Shown: piece after piece, positions 1 through 11,178 of the stretch
How positions within the stretch are numbered: position 1 is the first letter of the stretch
Layout of the letters: every line of letters begins with the position of its first letter
From: Octopus bimaculoides
Taxonomy: Eukaryota
Assembly (NCBI RefSeq): GCF_001194135.2
Contig: NC_069004.1
Span: 31,549,094 to 31,613,093 of the forward strand
DNA length: 64,000 nucleotides
Direction: 5' to 3'
Notes under the pieces: model-generated
What the model saw: the letters and a program-made list of their open reading frames with translations, nothing else
Told to the model about the DNA's origin: nothing
The model's database searches: none
Translations under genes and position numbers: made by a program

Positions 1-245
1 AGACACTTGCCCAAATTGTCACACAGTGCGACTGGACCCAAATCCATCCTCATCCATGCGCATCACATGACCATACCAGTGCAGTCCCCTCTCTACATCT
101 CATGCCTGCCTCATATACCCAATTTTTTTCTCAAATCCGTTACGCTCTGTCCTCCATGCACACTGACATTACCCATCTAGCAGAGCATGCCCGAGGGTTA
201 CATACAAATGGTGATAAAGGTTGGCAGGGAGGGGGGGGCACTTAC

Positions 246-415
246 TTAGAATAGTGAGCAGCATCAGGGCTTCCGTAACCCAGAATCAAGTCATGCAACC
301 AATTCGGTACCACACAGTCTGTGTTCATCAAATCACGAATTGTCTCCAAAACAGCCTTGAAGTTGTTTTCTTTGGGTTTTCTTCTCATGATTACATTGAA
401 GGTTTCGTACACATC
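246..415 (-). CDS. AQR: Aquarius coding exon 21 (gene continues beyond the window start)
   Basis: [56 protein letters not shown](K); ttgttag| and |gtaagt. Confidence 0.97.
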
Positions 416-456
416 CTAACAAGACAAAATCATAATTATTAGAAGTTATCATTATT

Positions 457-673
457 GAGTGAGAGAGCAGTGCATGCCAACAAAGTGACACTGGGGTAAG
501 ATATACAAAGCCCAGTATACCCATCATGACCACCCGTCTGATAAGGGTACACCAGGCGCATGTATCACAACCATATGTGCGCAGTATGGTAATCTCATAT
601 CAAGATAAACAACCCAGTTAGAATTTTCTTCAGGCTGAGTAGCCCATCTTGTTCAAAAGGTCCCTGAATAAGG
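457..673 (-). mobile_element. 5'-truncated copy of the (AAT)n-tailed element
   Basis: Homologous to 3069-3330 and 16290-16808. Confidence 0.7.
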
Positions 674-700
674 ACGCTATGTGTGTGTATGTATGTATGC

Positions 701-812
701 CAAATTAGATTGGAGCCTGGTGTTGCCATCCGGTTTCACCAGTCCTCAGTCAAATCGTCCAACCCATGCTAGCATGGAAAGCGGACGTTAAACGATGATG
801 ATGATGATGATG
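701..812 (+). mobile_element. RTE LINE 3' tail with (GAT)n
   Basis: 711-805 is identical to 55951-56045, the tail of an RTE ORF2-bearing copy. Confidence 0.75.
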
Positions 813-817
813 AAATA

Positions 818-855
<38 letters not shown>

Positions 856-863
856 AGTATGTA

Positions 864-1078
864 TGAGGGGGTGCTTCAAAGTTCCTGGTTTTGAGTAAAA
901 GAAAATACAGGAGGATCAGTTAATTATGACTTTATCCAACATATTTCCCCTCTCATATTTGCATTTATTGCAGTGGTCTTTCCGTTTTTCTAAGCCCTGT
1001 AAAAGAACTTGGAGGCTTGGGCCTTCAACCAGGCCTTTCACGACACCCTTAAAGCCAGGAACTTTTCAACACCCCTCG
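864..1078. mobile_element. Mariner-type MITE
   Basis: About 30-bp imperfect TIRs (TGAGGGGGTGCTTCAAAGTTCCTGG / CCAGGAACTTTTCAACACCCCTCG), TA/TG flanks. Confidence 0.7.
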
Positions 1079-1364
1079 TGTATATATACATATACATACA
1101 CAAACACACACACACGTATATACAATAGGCTTCCTCACAGTTTTTCTCTGCCATATCCACTCACATGGCATTGGTCAGCCCAGGGCTATAGTAAAAGACA
1201 CTTGCCCAAGGTGCCATGCAGTGGGACAGGACCCAAAATCACATGGTTCAAAAGCAAGCTTGCTTCTTAGTCACACACCATGCCCGCTATGGCTAACTAC
1301 ATTAAGTACATTAGCACTAACTTAATTAGATGTAATATTTTTGTAATCAAGTAAGTTTAATTAC

Positions 1365-1471
1365 CTCGGCCCCTTTCAGAGTTTTTGCCATATCCTGTTG
1401 GTATTGGTTGGGGTCAAGCCACACACGTAAGGTTCTTGTGTCTCCATGGAGATCAGGTTTGGGTTCAGGAC
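1365..1471 (-). CDS. AQR: Aquarius coding exon 20
   Basis: [35 protein letters not shown]; ttcttag| and |gtaatt. Confidence 0.96.
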
Positions 1472-1600
1472 CTAAGAAATTAGATAATAATAATAATGAT
1501 GATGATGATGATGATAATAATAATAATAATAATGATTCTTTCTAATTTTTGGTGCAGACACAAAAAGATCTTGATTGTGTGGTGATAGGTTGTTCCTTAC

Positions 1601-1768
1601 CTTCTTCAATAACTTTGCCGTTGTCATCAAGAAGACCCTCAATTTCACAGCCTCTAACGTAAGTCAGTCCAACCTGTGGACTGAAAGGTTTCTCAGAGTT
1701 GTAAGGTGTCCCAATAGGGGATGTTGGTTTCACCGTGATGAGGAAAGCCACATCATGTTTCCGTAGAG
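1601..1768 (-). CDS. AQR: Aquarius coding exon 19
   Basis: [55 protein letters not shown](G); ttttcag| and |gtaagg. Confidence 0.97.
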
Positions 1769-1807
1769 CTGAAAATTAACAACAACAACAACAATAATTA
1801 TAATAAT

Positions 1808-2181
1808 AAGTTAAAGAAGTGATTTTAAATTCTCAATCGCAGGATAATGCTAATGATACAGCCTGAACAGGATAAACTACCCCTATTTTGCAGAAAAAAG
1901 TGTAGGTGGTTAGCTATGAGACTCGAACTCACACCTCCGTGATTACGCGTCGCGGTGCTCTGACCGAATGAGCTAAACTCCCCCACTACAGGTTCCTCTG
2001 CAAATTTAAGATGCATAGAAATCTTGCTTTGTGAGACGCTATCATATGTTAAATTCAAATTACGATGAACGTAAACAAACAAACGAAGGTTGCTTTTAGA
2101 AGCGTTGAGATGTCTTAGAAAGTTAAAGAAGTGATTTTAAATTCTCAATCGCAGGATAATGCTAATAATATAGCCTGAACA
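1808..2181 (-). mobile_element. tRNA-like-containing unit bounded by 62-bp direct repeats
   Basis: 1808-1869 matches 2120-2181 at 60/62 nt (period 312 bp); internal tRNA-like segment on the minus strand. Confidence 0.65.
1907..1982 (-). pseudogene. tRNA-like sequence (closest to Thr-CGT), probably non-functional
   Basis: GGGAGTT-TA-GCTC-ATTCGGTCA-GAGC...CGCGTAA loop...GTGAG-TTCGAGT-CTCAT-AGCTAAC. D and T arms pair, but the acceptor stem has 2 mismatches and position 33 is not U. A T6 run follows. Confidence 0.5.
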
Positions 2182-2294
2182 TTGCTTTCTTTAGTTTTGG
2201 GCCAAAGGAGCTAGCTTAAAAGTCCACATGGCGTGTGGCTTTTGGGCTAGTTTAAATTAAAAGTAATTAAAAGAAAAATTAATTAGTCTCGTAC

Positions 2295-2394
2295 CTTCCC
2301 ATTCAGATTTTATTTCCGGTCTGACACTTAGGTTGACGGTGATGTCGGCACGGACCTGAGATGGATGATATTCTCCGATGCGAGGTTTGGCAAC
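2295..2394 (-). CDS. AQR: Aquarius coding exon 18
   Basis: [33 protein letters not shown](A); ctcccag| and |gtacga. Confidence 0.96.
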
Positions 2395-2951
2395 CTGGGA
2401 GGAAGAATTCACAAGTAAATAAAAGACAAAAACCAAAGAAAAAAAATGAAATAAAATAAGAAAAACAAAGGGAAATACACAAGAGAAGGACGAGTATGGT
2501 TGCGTGGTTTGGAGTTCAATCCCAGGGCACAGCAACGTGGCTGTCTTCTACTATAGCCCTGTGCCAACCTATGCCTTATGAATGCATTTGGTAGATGGAA
2601 AATGAAAGAAGCCCAATATCATCATCAGCATCATCACTATTAATAATGATAGTGATGATGATGATGATAATAATGGTGATGGTGGTTGTTATGTCATAGG
2701 TTTGAATATCTCATCACCAATAATGATATGACGACGATGTGCAACGGGGGTGGGTAGGAATAGTAGTACCCCAAATAAAAATTTGGATATGGTTATCTAG
2801 AATAACCTTTCACAGAGTTAATACGTTCACACAGAGCGTATTCCATACTATGCCAAACATACAAACTAATACAGTAATCCAATACAAATGACCGACCCTG
2901 TCAACCACCAACAGTTCACACAGCTTTTGGCCACGGGGGGGNNNNNNNNNN

Positions 2952-3005
2952 GGTTGCGCCATTCGAGCCCATCCACCAAACATTGTTGACTGGTCTTCTG
3001 CAAGC
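2952..3005 (-). CDS. AQR: Aquarius coding exon 17 (3' part lost in the N gap)
   Basis: LAEDQSTMFGGWARMAQP, then runs into the 10-N gap at 2942-2951; acceptor tcttcag|. Confidence 0.92.
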
Positions 3006-3068
3006 CTGAAGAAAACAGTAAGGAAAAAAAAACATTAACAAAACAATAATAATAATAATAATAATAAT

Positions 3069-3330
3069 ATTCGTTCAACATCCTTAAACAAACCTTATTC
3101 AAGGACCTTTTGAGTGGGATGGGCTACTCGACCTGAACAAAATTCCAACTAGGCCCCACTTGCAAGGTCATGCGCTGTTTATCTTGATATGAGATCACCA
3201 TGTCATGCAGATATGGTTGTGGTACATGTGCCTGGTGTACCCTTATCAGACGGGTAGTCATGATGGGTATAATGGGCTTTGTATATTTTACCTCAGTGTC
3301 ACTTTGATGGCATGCCCTGCTCTCTCACTC
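3069..3330 (+). mobile_element. (AAT)n-flanked non-coding retro-element copy
   Basis: Ends ...gctctctcactc|aataataat and is preceded by (AAT)n; homologous to 457-673 and 16290-16808. Confidence 0.7.
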
Positions 3331-3984
3331 AATAATAATAATAGTAATAATAATAATCCTTTTTACTAAAGGTGCAAGGCCTGAAATCTGGGAGGGGTGG
3401 GGGACTAGTCGATTACCTCGCCCCTCCCCCGCCACCTCAGTGTTTCACTGGTACTTGATTTATTGATCCGGGAAGGATGAAAGAGGCAAAGTCAACCTCG
3501 GTGGAATTTGAACTCAGAACATAGCAAAGGACAAAATGCTGCCAAGCATGTTGCCTGGTGTACTAACGATTCGGCCAGCTCGCTGCCTTAATAATAATGA
3601 TGATAATAATAATAATAATAATGGCTTCAAATTTTGGCACAAGGCCAGCAATTTCAGGGGAGGGGTTAAGTCAATTACATTGACCCCAGTACTCAACTGG
3701 TACTTATTTTATCGACCTCACCAAAGGATGAAAGGCAAAGCGAACCTCAGTGGAATACCAATCATAATAATAATAATAACAATCCTTTCTACTATAGGCA
3801 CAAGGCCTGAAAATCTTTTTTTTTTTGGTGGGGGGAGTAGTCGATTATATCGACCCAGTGTTTTACTGGTACTTAATTTATTGAATAAAAGAATAAAAGA
3901 ATGTGAATGTAAGTTTACACAGACAGAAGTGTGTTTTCTGTGTGAAGATAAAATGAATTTGATGATCAGAAACAATGTTATTAC

Positions 3985-4033
3985 CATGGTTTCATGTGAG
4001 TCAAGGCGTCTTCTATGTCCTGTCTGATTTCAT
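3985..4033 (-). CDS. AQR: Aquarius coding exon 16
   Basis: EIRQDIEDALTHMKP(W); tttccag| and |gtaata; phase 1/2. Confidence 0.95.
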
Positions 4034-4334
4034 CTGGAAAAGAAAAAGGAACAAAGATGTGAATGATGGTTCCAAATTTTTGGCAGATGGTCGGTAATNN
4101 NNNNNNNNNNNNNNNNNNNNNNNNNNNNNNNNNNNNNNNNNNNNNNNNNNNNNNNNNNNNNNNNNNNNNNNNNNNNNNNNNNNNNNNNNNNNNNNNNNNN
4201 NNNNNNNNNNNNNNNNNNNNNNNNNNNNNNNNNNNNNNNNNNNNNNNNNNNNNNNNNCCCCCAAATGAAAGGTAAAGTTGAGTTTGGCAGAATATGGACT
4301 CAGAATGTAAAGAACCACACAGCAAATGGTGCTG

Positions 4335-4575
4335 AATATTTTTGCCCAAAGGGGAAAACTGGGTATAAGAGGCATCAGATGTTGTGGGCAAGAGAGAAGA
4401 CTGTGCTGGTTTGGTCATGTGATGCGTATGGATGAGGACAGTTGTGAAAAGAAGTGCCGAATTCTAACTGTGGAGGGTACCTGTGGAAGGGGTAGACCCA
4501 AGAAGACATGGGAGGAAGTGGTGAGAAAGGATCTTCAGACACTGGGCCTCACTGAAGAAATGACAAGGGACTACT
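4335..4575 (+). mobile_element. RTE-clade LINE ORF2 C-terminal fragment
   Basis: KLGIRGIRC..QERRLCWFGHVMRMDEDSC.KKC...VEGTCGRGRPKKTW.EVV.KDL. Confidence 0.85.
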
Positions 4576-4622
4576 AAGCATTTCATCCAGCATGCTAACG
4601 ATTCTGCCAGCTCACCACCTTC

Positions 4623-4658
<36 letters not shown>

Positions 4659-4946
4659 CCTTTTTACTGAAGGTACAAGGCCTGAAATTTTGTGGGAAGG
4701 GACCTGTTGATTACAACGACCCCAATATTTCACCGGTACTTAATTTATCAAACCTGAAAGGATAAAAGGCAAAGTCCACCTCGGCAGAATTTGAACTCAG
4801 AATGTAAAGACAGATGAAATGCTGCTGAGCATTTTGCCTGGAATGCTTGCTGCCTTGATGATGGTGGTGGTGGTGGTGATGACGATGATGATGGTGGTGA
4901 TGACGATGATGATGATGATGAAAATAATAATGGAAATAAAACTTAC

Positions 4947-5039
4947 AGGTAGATTCCAAGCGGAATAAATTGAAGTTTTTGAGAAGATAATCGTGTAGGG
5001 TGAGAAACTGAAGGTTCATTTTTGGTAATGCCAGGCATC
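4947..5039 (-). CDS. AQR: Aquarius coding exon 15
   Basis: [30 protein letters not shown](Y); cttgcag| and |gtaagt. Confidence 0.97.
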
Positions 5040-5322
5040 CTGCAAGGGAGGAAGAGAAGTCAGTGAATACAAGAGAGAGGAATTAGGGAAGGCGATAGGA
5101 ATTACTGCATGATTAAGAAACTTATCATGGTCCCAGGTTGTTACATAGCTCCATGGCACCAGGGACGTATCTCCATGTGACATATCTAGGGTAAGGATCT
5201 CTTACCATAGCCTTGGGATGGTCAATGGAATGAATTAGGTAGAGACTCTTAAGAAAAGCACACGGGAACGTGAAACTCAGAGTAACGGTTTTTTTGTTAT
5301 ATTTCTGCTGCTTTTAAATAAA

Positions 5323-5408
<86 letters not shown>

Positions 5409-5750
5409 CGAAAGAGAGAGAGGAGGCAATGACCAAGATCTTTGGCATTATGTCATGCTTGAGAAGAAGACCCATCAAGCCAAGCAAAATTGCAGTGATG
5501 GCAGACACTGGTGTCACACAAATGGCACCCATGCCAGTGGCATGTAAAAGCACCCATTACACTCTGTGGAGTGGTTGGAGTTAGGAAGAGCATGCAGCCA
5601 TAGAAAACCATGTCAAATCAGGCTGGAGTCTGGTGCAGCATTCCAGCTTACCAGTTCTGGTCAAACCATGCCAGCATGGACAAAGGATGTTAAAAGATGA
5701 TGATGAGAGAAAGAGAATGAAATAGCCTTTATTTGAGAAAAGTTGCTCAC

Positions 5751-5871
5751 CTTCACCAGAGAAATATTCTGTTGGAACTATATTTTCATCCCAAATAATA
5801 TTTTCTGTTGGATAAAGAGGCATCTCATTGATGGTCTCAAGTTGTGATGGACGTTTTTGATGTTTAGTTAT
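5751..5871 (-). CDS. AQR: Aquarius coding exon 14
   Basis: ITKHQKRPSQLETINEMPLYPTENIIWDENIVPTEYFSGE(G); attccag| and |gtgagc. Confidence 0.97.
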
Positions 5872-6858
5872 CTGGAATTGAAATAAATGAAGAACGGTGA
5901 AATTTTGAGACATTGTGCCTTTAGTAGAAAGGATTAATACACATAGGCACACATATAAGCTAATGAAGAACAAGGGGGGNNNNNNNNNNNNNNNNNNNNN
6001 NNNNNNNNNNNNNNNNNNNNNNNNNNNNNNNNNNNNNNNNNNNNNNNNNNNNNNNNNNNNNNNNNNNNNNNNNNNNNNNNNNNNNNNNNNNNNNNNNNNN
6101 NNNNNNNNNNNNNNNNNNNNNNNNNNNNNNNNNNNNNNNNNNNNNNNNNNNNNNNNNNNNNNNNNNNNNNNNNNNNNNNNNNNNNNNNNNNNNNNNNNNN
6201 NNNNNNNNNNNNNNNNNNNNNNNNNNNNNNNNNNNNNNNNNNNNNNNNNNNNNNNNNNNNNNNNNNNNNNNNNNNNNNNNNNNNNNNNNNNNNNNNNNNN
6301 NNNNNNNNNNNNNNNNNNNNNNNNNNNNNNNNNNNNNNNNNNNNNNNNNNNNNNNNNNNNNNNNNNNNNNNNNNNNNNNNNNNNNNNNNNNNNNNNNNNN
6401 NNNNNNNNNNNNNNNNNNNNNNNNNNNNNNNNNNNNNNNNNNNNNNNNNNNNNNNNNNNNNNNNNNNNNNNNNNNNNNNNNNNNNNNNNNNNNNNNNNNN
6501 NNNNNNNNNNNNNNNNNNNNNNNNNNNNNNNNNNNNNNNNNNNNNNNNNNNNNNNNNNNNNNNNNNNNNNNNNNNNNNNNNNNNNNNNNNNNNNNNNNNN
6601 NNNNNNNNNNNNNNNNNNNNNNNNNNNNNNNNNNNNNNNNNNNNNNNNNNNNNNNNNNNNNNNNNNNNNNNNNNNNNNNNNNNNNNNNNNNNNNGAGAAA
6701 GAGAAGAATAAAGGTAAAAAAAATTGAAAGGATTAAAGAAAAGACAAACATAAATTTAAAAAAAAAAAGAAATGGTGGGAAAATATTAAAAAAAATAAAA
6801 AAACAGAGTCAAATGAAAATTGTGAAGGAGTTGTTAATTTGAAAATTCTTTTAGTTAC

Positions 6859-6961
6859 CAATAGTTCTAGTAAGAATTCTGATGGCATGTCTGTCTCTTC
6901 TTTCTGAGGAAACGGCAATAAATTGAGATGAGCACAGATCTTGTGTAAAGACAATTTACAG
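6859..6961 (-). CDS. AQR: Aquarius coding exon 13
   Basis: CKLSLHKICAHLNLLPFPQKEETDMPSEFLLELL; tcttcag| and |gtaact; phase 2/0. Confidence 0.92.
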
Positions 6962-7239
6962 CTGAAGAATAGAAAGAGAGAAAAGTATGTCTGAAATATA
7001 ACCATTCCTTGAGAACCAAAATTAGATTTTAGCAAAAAGAAGGAAAGAAAGGAGAGAGAGAGAGAGAGAGAAGGAGGGAAATAAAACAACAAGTATTTTC
7101 CAGAAAACTGCTAGCTTAGCATCTTTTAATGTTCATGTGTTTTACGTCTGTCTTTCCATGCTTGCATGGGTTAGATCAATATGTTAGTGAGGCATCTGGT
7201 TGCTCTATGTTAACCTCAAATGGGTATACTAATCACCTT

Positions 7240-7960
7240 CCTCAAAAGTCCAACCCTTGACCTCATTGTGGGGAAGGTTAAATGAGTGAGTGTCAGAGCT
7301 ATGCAGTAAGGGACTTTGAGTCCATGGTAGGGCGACCCAGGGCAGATAGGTCTGACACAGGCAGTGCTAGGGCCGCAACCCAGCTAAGTGGAAGGAGATG
7401 ATGAATTCTACGCAGTGTCTGTTCCAGAATCTGTTGGCTTCCTGGTGACGTTGGATTGCGTCTGCAGGCATTCTGCAGCAAGAAGGTGTTACATAAGGAC
7501 GACCTACCACCAGTCGTATACGGTGGCTTACAAATACGGACAAGAACTGTTTTTGCAGACTCCGATCATTGCTTGGAACTCTTAAGAACTCACAACGGAA
7601 CACCCGCGGTGAACTCAGTGGGAACTGGAGCTAGCTCAAGCCCTCCTGGAAGAATGCTATTAGAACACAAGACTTGGTCCATATTTGCACCGGATCATGT
7701 GAAAAGAACCGGTGAGTAGACATGCCTGCCAAAGTAGCAGAAAGTAAAGACATTACCATTCTTTGGGACTTTAGCACTCAAACTGACCAGGCTATTCAGG
7801 GCCACAACAACCGATATTATGGTGAAAAATCACATTGACAAAACTATATTTACTCATAGATATGTTAATCCCAGCAGACTGCAACACATCTATGAAAATG
7901 TTTGGAAAGTTTGGTGGTCAGCTGACAGAATCGTTGGCACACTGGACAAAATGGATAACA
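7240..7960 (+). mobile_element. Decayed R4/Dong-like non-LTR retrotransposon (REL endonuclease region)
   Basis: Frameshifted motif AESKDITILWDFSTQTDQAIQ..TDIMVK...LIDMLIP, matching the ILWDF.IQTD...RPD..LID REL signature. Confidence 0.6.
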
Positions 7961-8019
7961 GCATTTTGCCTGTCTCTATGTTCTGAGTTCAAATTCTGCT
8001 GAGGTCAACTTTATCCTAT

Positions 8020-8260
8020 CTTGAATGAGAACCCAATACTGTAACAGCTTAGGTTTCAAGGGTCTACAACTGTTCAACATTCCGCCAAACAGTCTCAGAG
8101 ATTTGCGAGGGGTAGATATGGAGGTCTTCAAAGAATGTCTGGACAAACTTCTATCTGAGATACCAGATGAACCCACATTGCGCAGGGGGCACAGAGAAGA
8201 GCAGCTCCGTTTAACTCGTTACTTTGCCAGAAACAACGAAGAAAAGAAACCCAAACACAC
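8020..8260 (+). mobile_element. CR1/L2-like LINE ORF2 C-terminus
   Basis: CNSLGFKGLQLFNIPPNSLRDL.GVD..VFK..LDKLLSEIPDEP. Confidence 0.7.
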
Positions 8261-8452
8261 TGAAAGGTGATGCTCCAGCATGGCCTCAGCCACTGGCTGA
8301 AACTAGTAAAATATAAAAGATAAATACAAGGACCTTGAAATAGAGGTCACCAACTGTATATGTGATCATCAGAATTTTGGGGATAATAGTGAATGGCACT
8401 TTTAGTCAAAAACTAGGAAACCCAAAAGTATCAGAACTAAAAAAAAAAAAAA

Positions 8453-8598
8453 GTTCGAAATTTCCCCATGACACCTGATGAAGGCTGGAGGGTATATCAG
8501 CTGAAATGTTGTGTTAACAACAAACAAGATGAGGGCAAATATCCATCGAATGTAAATAATGTACATAATTCCTCATCTCTTAAATATAGAACTGTACT
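8453..8598 (+). mobile_element. Penelope-like non-autonomous terminal-repeat fragment
   Basis: Homologous to 19651-19812. Confidence 0.6.
8470..8515 (+). ncRNA. Decayed copy of the same hammerhead motif
   Basis: GACAC-CTGATGA-A-GGCTG-gagggtatat-CAGCT-GAA-ATGT-T-GTGTT; two CpG-type changes damage stem II and the helix III palindrome. Confidence 0.55.
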
Positions 8599-8781
8599 AT
8601 AAATGCAAGACCTGAAATTTGGTGAGAAGGGGTTAGTTGATTACATTGACCCCAGTGACATTTATTCAACTGGTATTTATTTTATCATCCCCAAAAGGAT
8701 GAAAAGGAAAGTTGAGCTCAGTGGAATATCAAATAAAATTAATGATGATGATGATGATGATAAACATGAAATGTTTCCTAC

Positions 8782-8885
8782 TCTATTGCAGAGAAATGCT
8801 TCATCAGAGCTTGTCGGGTGTCAATGCTGGCCACGTTTGCAATGGCAAAATCTTGTAAATCCTCAAACTGTTGGAAGAGAACTTT
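8782..8885 (-). CDS. AQR: Aquarius coding exon 12
   Basis: KVLFQQFEDLQDFAIANVASIDTRQALMKHFSAI(D); tttctag| and |gtagga; phase 0/2. Confidence 0.93.
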
Positions 8886-9659
8886 CTAGAAAATAAAAGA
8901 AAAAGAAATGAGAGACAAAAAGTGAGAGGAGAATTACAAATCATACGATTAATTAATTAATTAGAAACAAAGAACAACAAATATCGGAAGAAATTAGTGA
9001 TGGTCAGTGTTGAAAGGAAGAAAGAGAAAAGGTAAAAAAAAGGGGGAAAAAATGAAACCAGCAGCATTTTTAGGGTATGAGACGTTTTGGCACTGCCTGT
9101 TTGGCATCAATGGGATGCTGACTTAAATGACATTAGACGTTTTAATGTTTCAGTAAAAAGCTTGTTTCTCAACCACAAGGTTCAGGGTTCAGTCCCACTG
9201 CAAGGCACCTTGGGCAAGTGTCTTCTACTATAGCCTCGGGCTGACCAAAGCCTTTTGAGTGGATTTGGTAGAAGGAAACTGAAAGAATCCCATCATACAT
9301 ATGTATGTATGTATGTGTTTGTCCATCCATCACCACTTGGCAACTGGTGTTGGCATGTTTACATCCCTGCATCAACCCTCAGGCATGTACAAGAAAATAA
9401 ATAAATAATAATAATTAAGTAGATGTGCATTTATTGACCCTTTGAATAGTCCCATCGACCCCCAGGGGTCGATATCAACCACTTCGGAGACCCCTGACTT
9501 AGAAGGATCCTCTTCAACACTATGTCCTATCACTTTGTCTGTTTCAACATCTTCAGATTAATGGTCACCACTTCTGGGCACACCTCCCTCTCCCATCATT
9601 TCCTTCTACAAGGAAGTGTCACCTGACACTTCTTCATTCATCTATCATCATCATCATCG

Positions 9660-10120
9660 ACCCCTGGACATTTCCATGTCAAGTCCCAGGACTCGCAAAG
9701 CCGATTACCAATTTCCATTGCATGTAGGTGACCAAGGCCAGAATGATCTCACTGAACTGGAACAACACAAAATGAGGCGATTTTGCTCAAGAACACAACG
9801 CACCACTCTGCCCAGTTATTGAAACCACGATCTTGCAAACGTGAATGCAAAGTCCTAACCAAGTAGGCCGCCACTCATCTTCACTAAATTATCGTTCATA
9901 CGCATTAAACGTCTGTACCAATGCAGTTGTCTCCCCTGCGCACTACACCTCGTTCTTCTACTTTGTGCCTCGTCATCCATGCACACAAACACTAAGTATC
10001 CATTGGAGCATGCTTTCTTCATTACTTTCCACTCCTCACACAACCCCTCCACGTTCAGTGTGCCCATGTCTTACAGCGAAACAGTACAGCAGTTTATACT
10101 AGATTGCAGTATAGCAAGAA
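9660..10120 (-). mobile_element. Decayed RTE-like LINE C-terminal fragment
   Basis: RQLHWYRRLMRMNDNLVK, resembling RxLxWYGHxxRMNxxRLVK; ends in (GAT)n. Confidence 0.5.
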
Positions 10121-10394
10121 CTGACAGAATTTAAATTTGCAACATAAAGAGCAGGAAGAAACACTTTTAATGATGCTAGCATCTCAACACTAATTCTTTC
10201 TTATTTTGGCACAAGGCTGGCAATTTTGAAGGGACAGGGGCAAGTTGATCAATTTACAGCCCTTAATAGTTTCAAAGTCATGAAAGAACCTTGCCCTTAC
10301 CACCCGAATCTATGAGGGTGGGCTGAAGAATTCATAGACTGACTATGAAGGAGTGATGCTAGAGCTGTGAAATCTTGCAGTGGTGATGATGATG

Positions 10395-10575
10395 ATGATG
10401 TCAGGTCTGTTGGTGATGATATTTTTGACCAACAAGATGAAAGCTTTTTCACCAATGTGATCCAAGTACTGCAACACTGATGGAAGAAGTGTGTGGACCA
10501 CAAGGGGGATTATATCGATAAATAAACCTCATTTAGTCACATTCCATGAGAGTGTCTTGGTCAGCCCTATAAATA
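10395..10575 (+). mobile_element. Mariner transposase C-terminus plus 3' TIR remnant
   Basis: FDQQDESFF...LQH*WKKCVDHKGDY. Confidence 0.65.
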
Positions 10576-10620
10576 TTTCAACCAACTTTTATACTTCCAA
10601 CAATGAGTGAAAACTGTTAC

Positions 10621-10734
10621 CTGAAGGGCTGTGATCTTGTTGTAGTGAATGTCGATCCGATCATGGATTGTTAAGGCTTCTCCGTTCTGGTCATTGATTT
10701 CAAACTCTACATACATTTCCAGCATGTCCAGCAA
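10621..10734 (-). CDS. AQR: Aquarius coding exon 11
   Basis: LLDMLEMYVEFEINDQNGEALTIHDRIDIHYNKITALQ; cttacag| and |gtaaca. Confidence 0.96.
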
Positions 10735-10966
10735 CTGTAAGAAAGAAAAGAATCTGTAGAACCTGTTGTCAGTGGCAGGAATCTCTACTTGTTGCCCTGT
10801 TAAGTTAGGGGACATAAACACAGACAAGGTTTGAAAAAAAGGGTTTGACATACACAAACACACGCACATATACATACATACATATTCACACACACACACG
10901 CACATCTCCATCCACCAATTTTACTTACAAGCCATTGGTCAACCAAAGAAAGAAAAATTAATTTAC

Positions 10967-11145
10967 CTGTCCAAAGAGTTTTCCTTCTGGTTTCTTGATC
11001 AGGTTGGACAGCTTACTGACCACCAGGAAGTGAGTGTTATCAATGAGGGCATTAAAGAAACGTCGGGTTGGAAGCTGGGCCTCCAGATCGATCATTAGTT
11101 CCAAGAAGCGTTCACAGTAGTGAATGGAATCTCGAGACACTGCAC
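10967..11145 (-). CDS. AQR: Aquarius coding exon 10
   Basis: AVSRDSIHYCERFLELMIDLEAQLPTRRFFNALIDNTHFLVVSKLSNLIKKPEGKLFGQ; ccttcag| and |gtaaat. Confidence 0.96.
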
Positions 11146-11178
11146 CTGAAGGAAATTAAGAGTGGAATGAATGGAGGT

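Noticed and set aside
1907-1982. Functional tRNA gene
   Set aside because: Two acceptor-stem mismatches, G at position 33 and irregular anticodon-arm length; kept only as tRNA-like.
5915-6751. Long ORFs at 5.9-6.7 kb (also 30.1-30.5, 39.7-40.4, 53.4-54.3 and 54.9-56.0 kb)
   Set aside because: Open only because N runs contain no stop codons.
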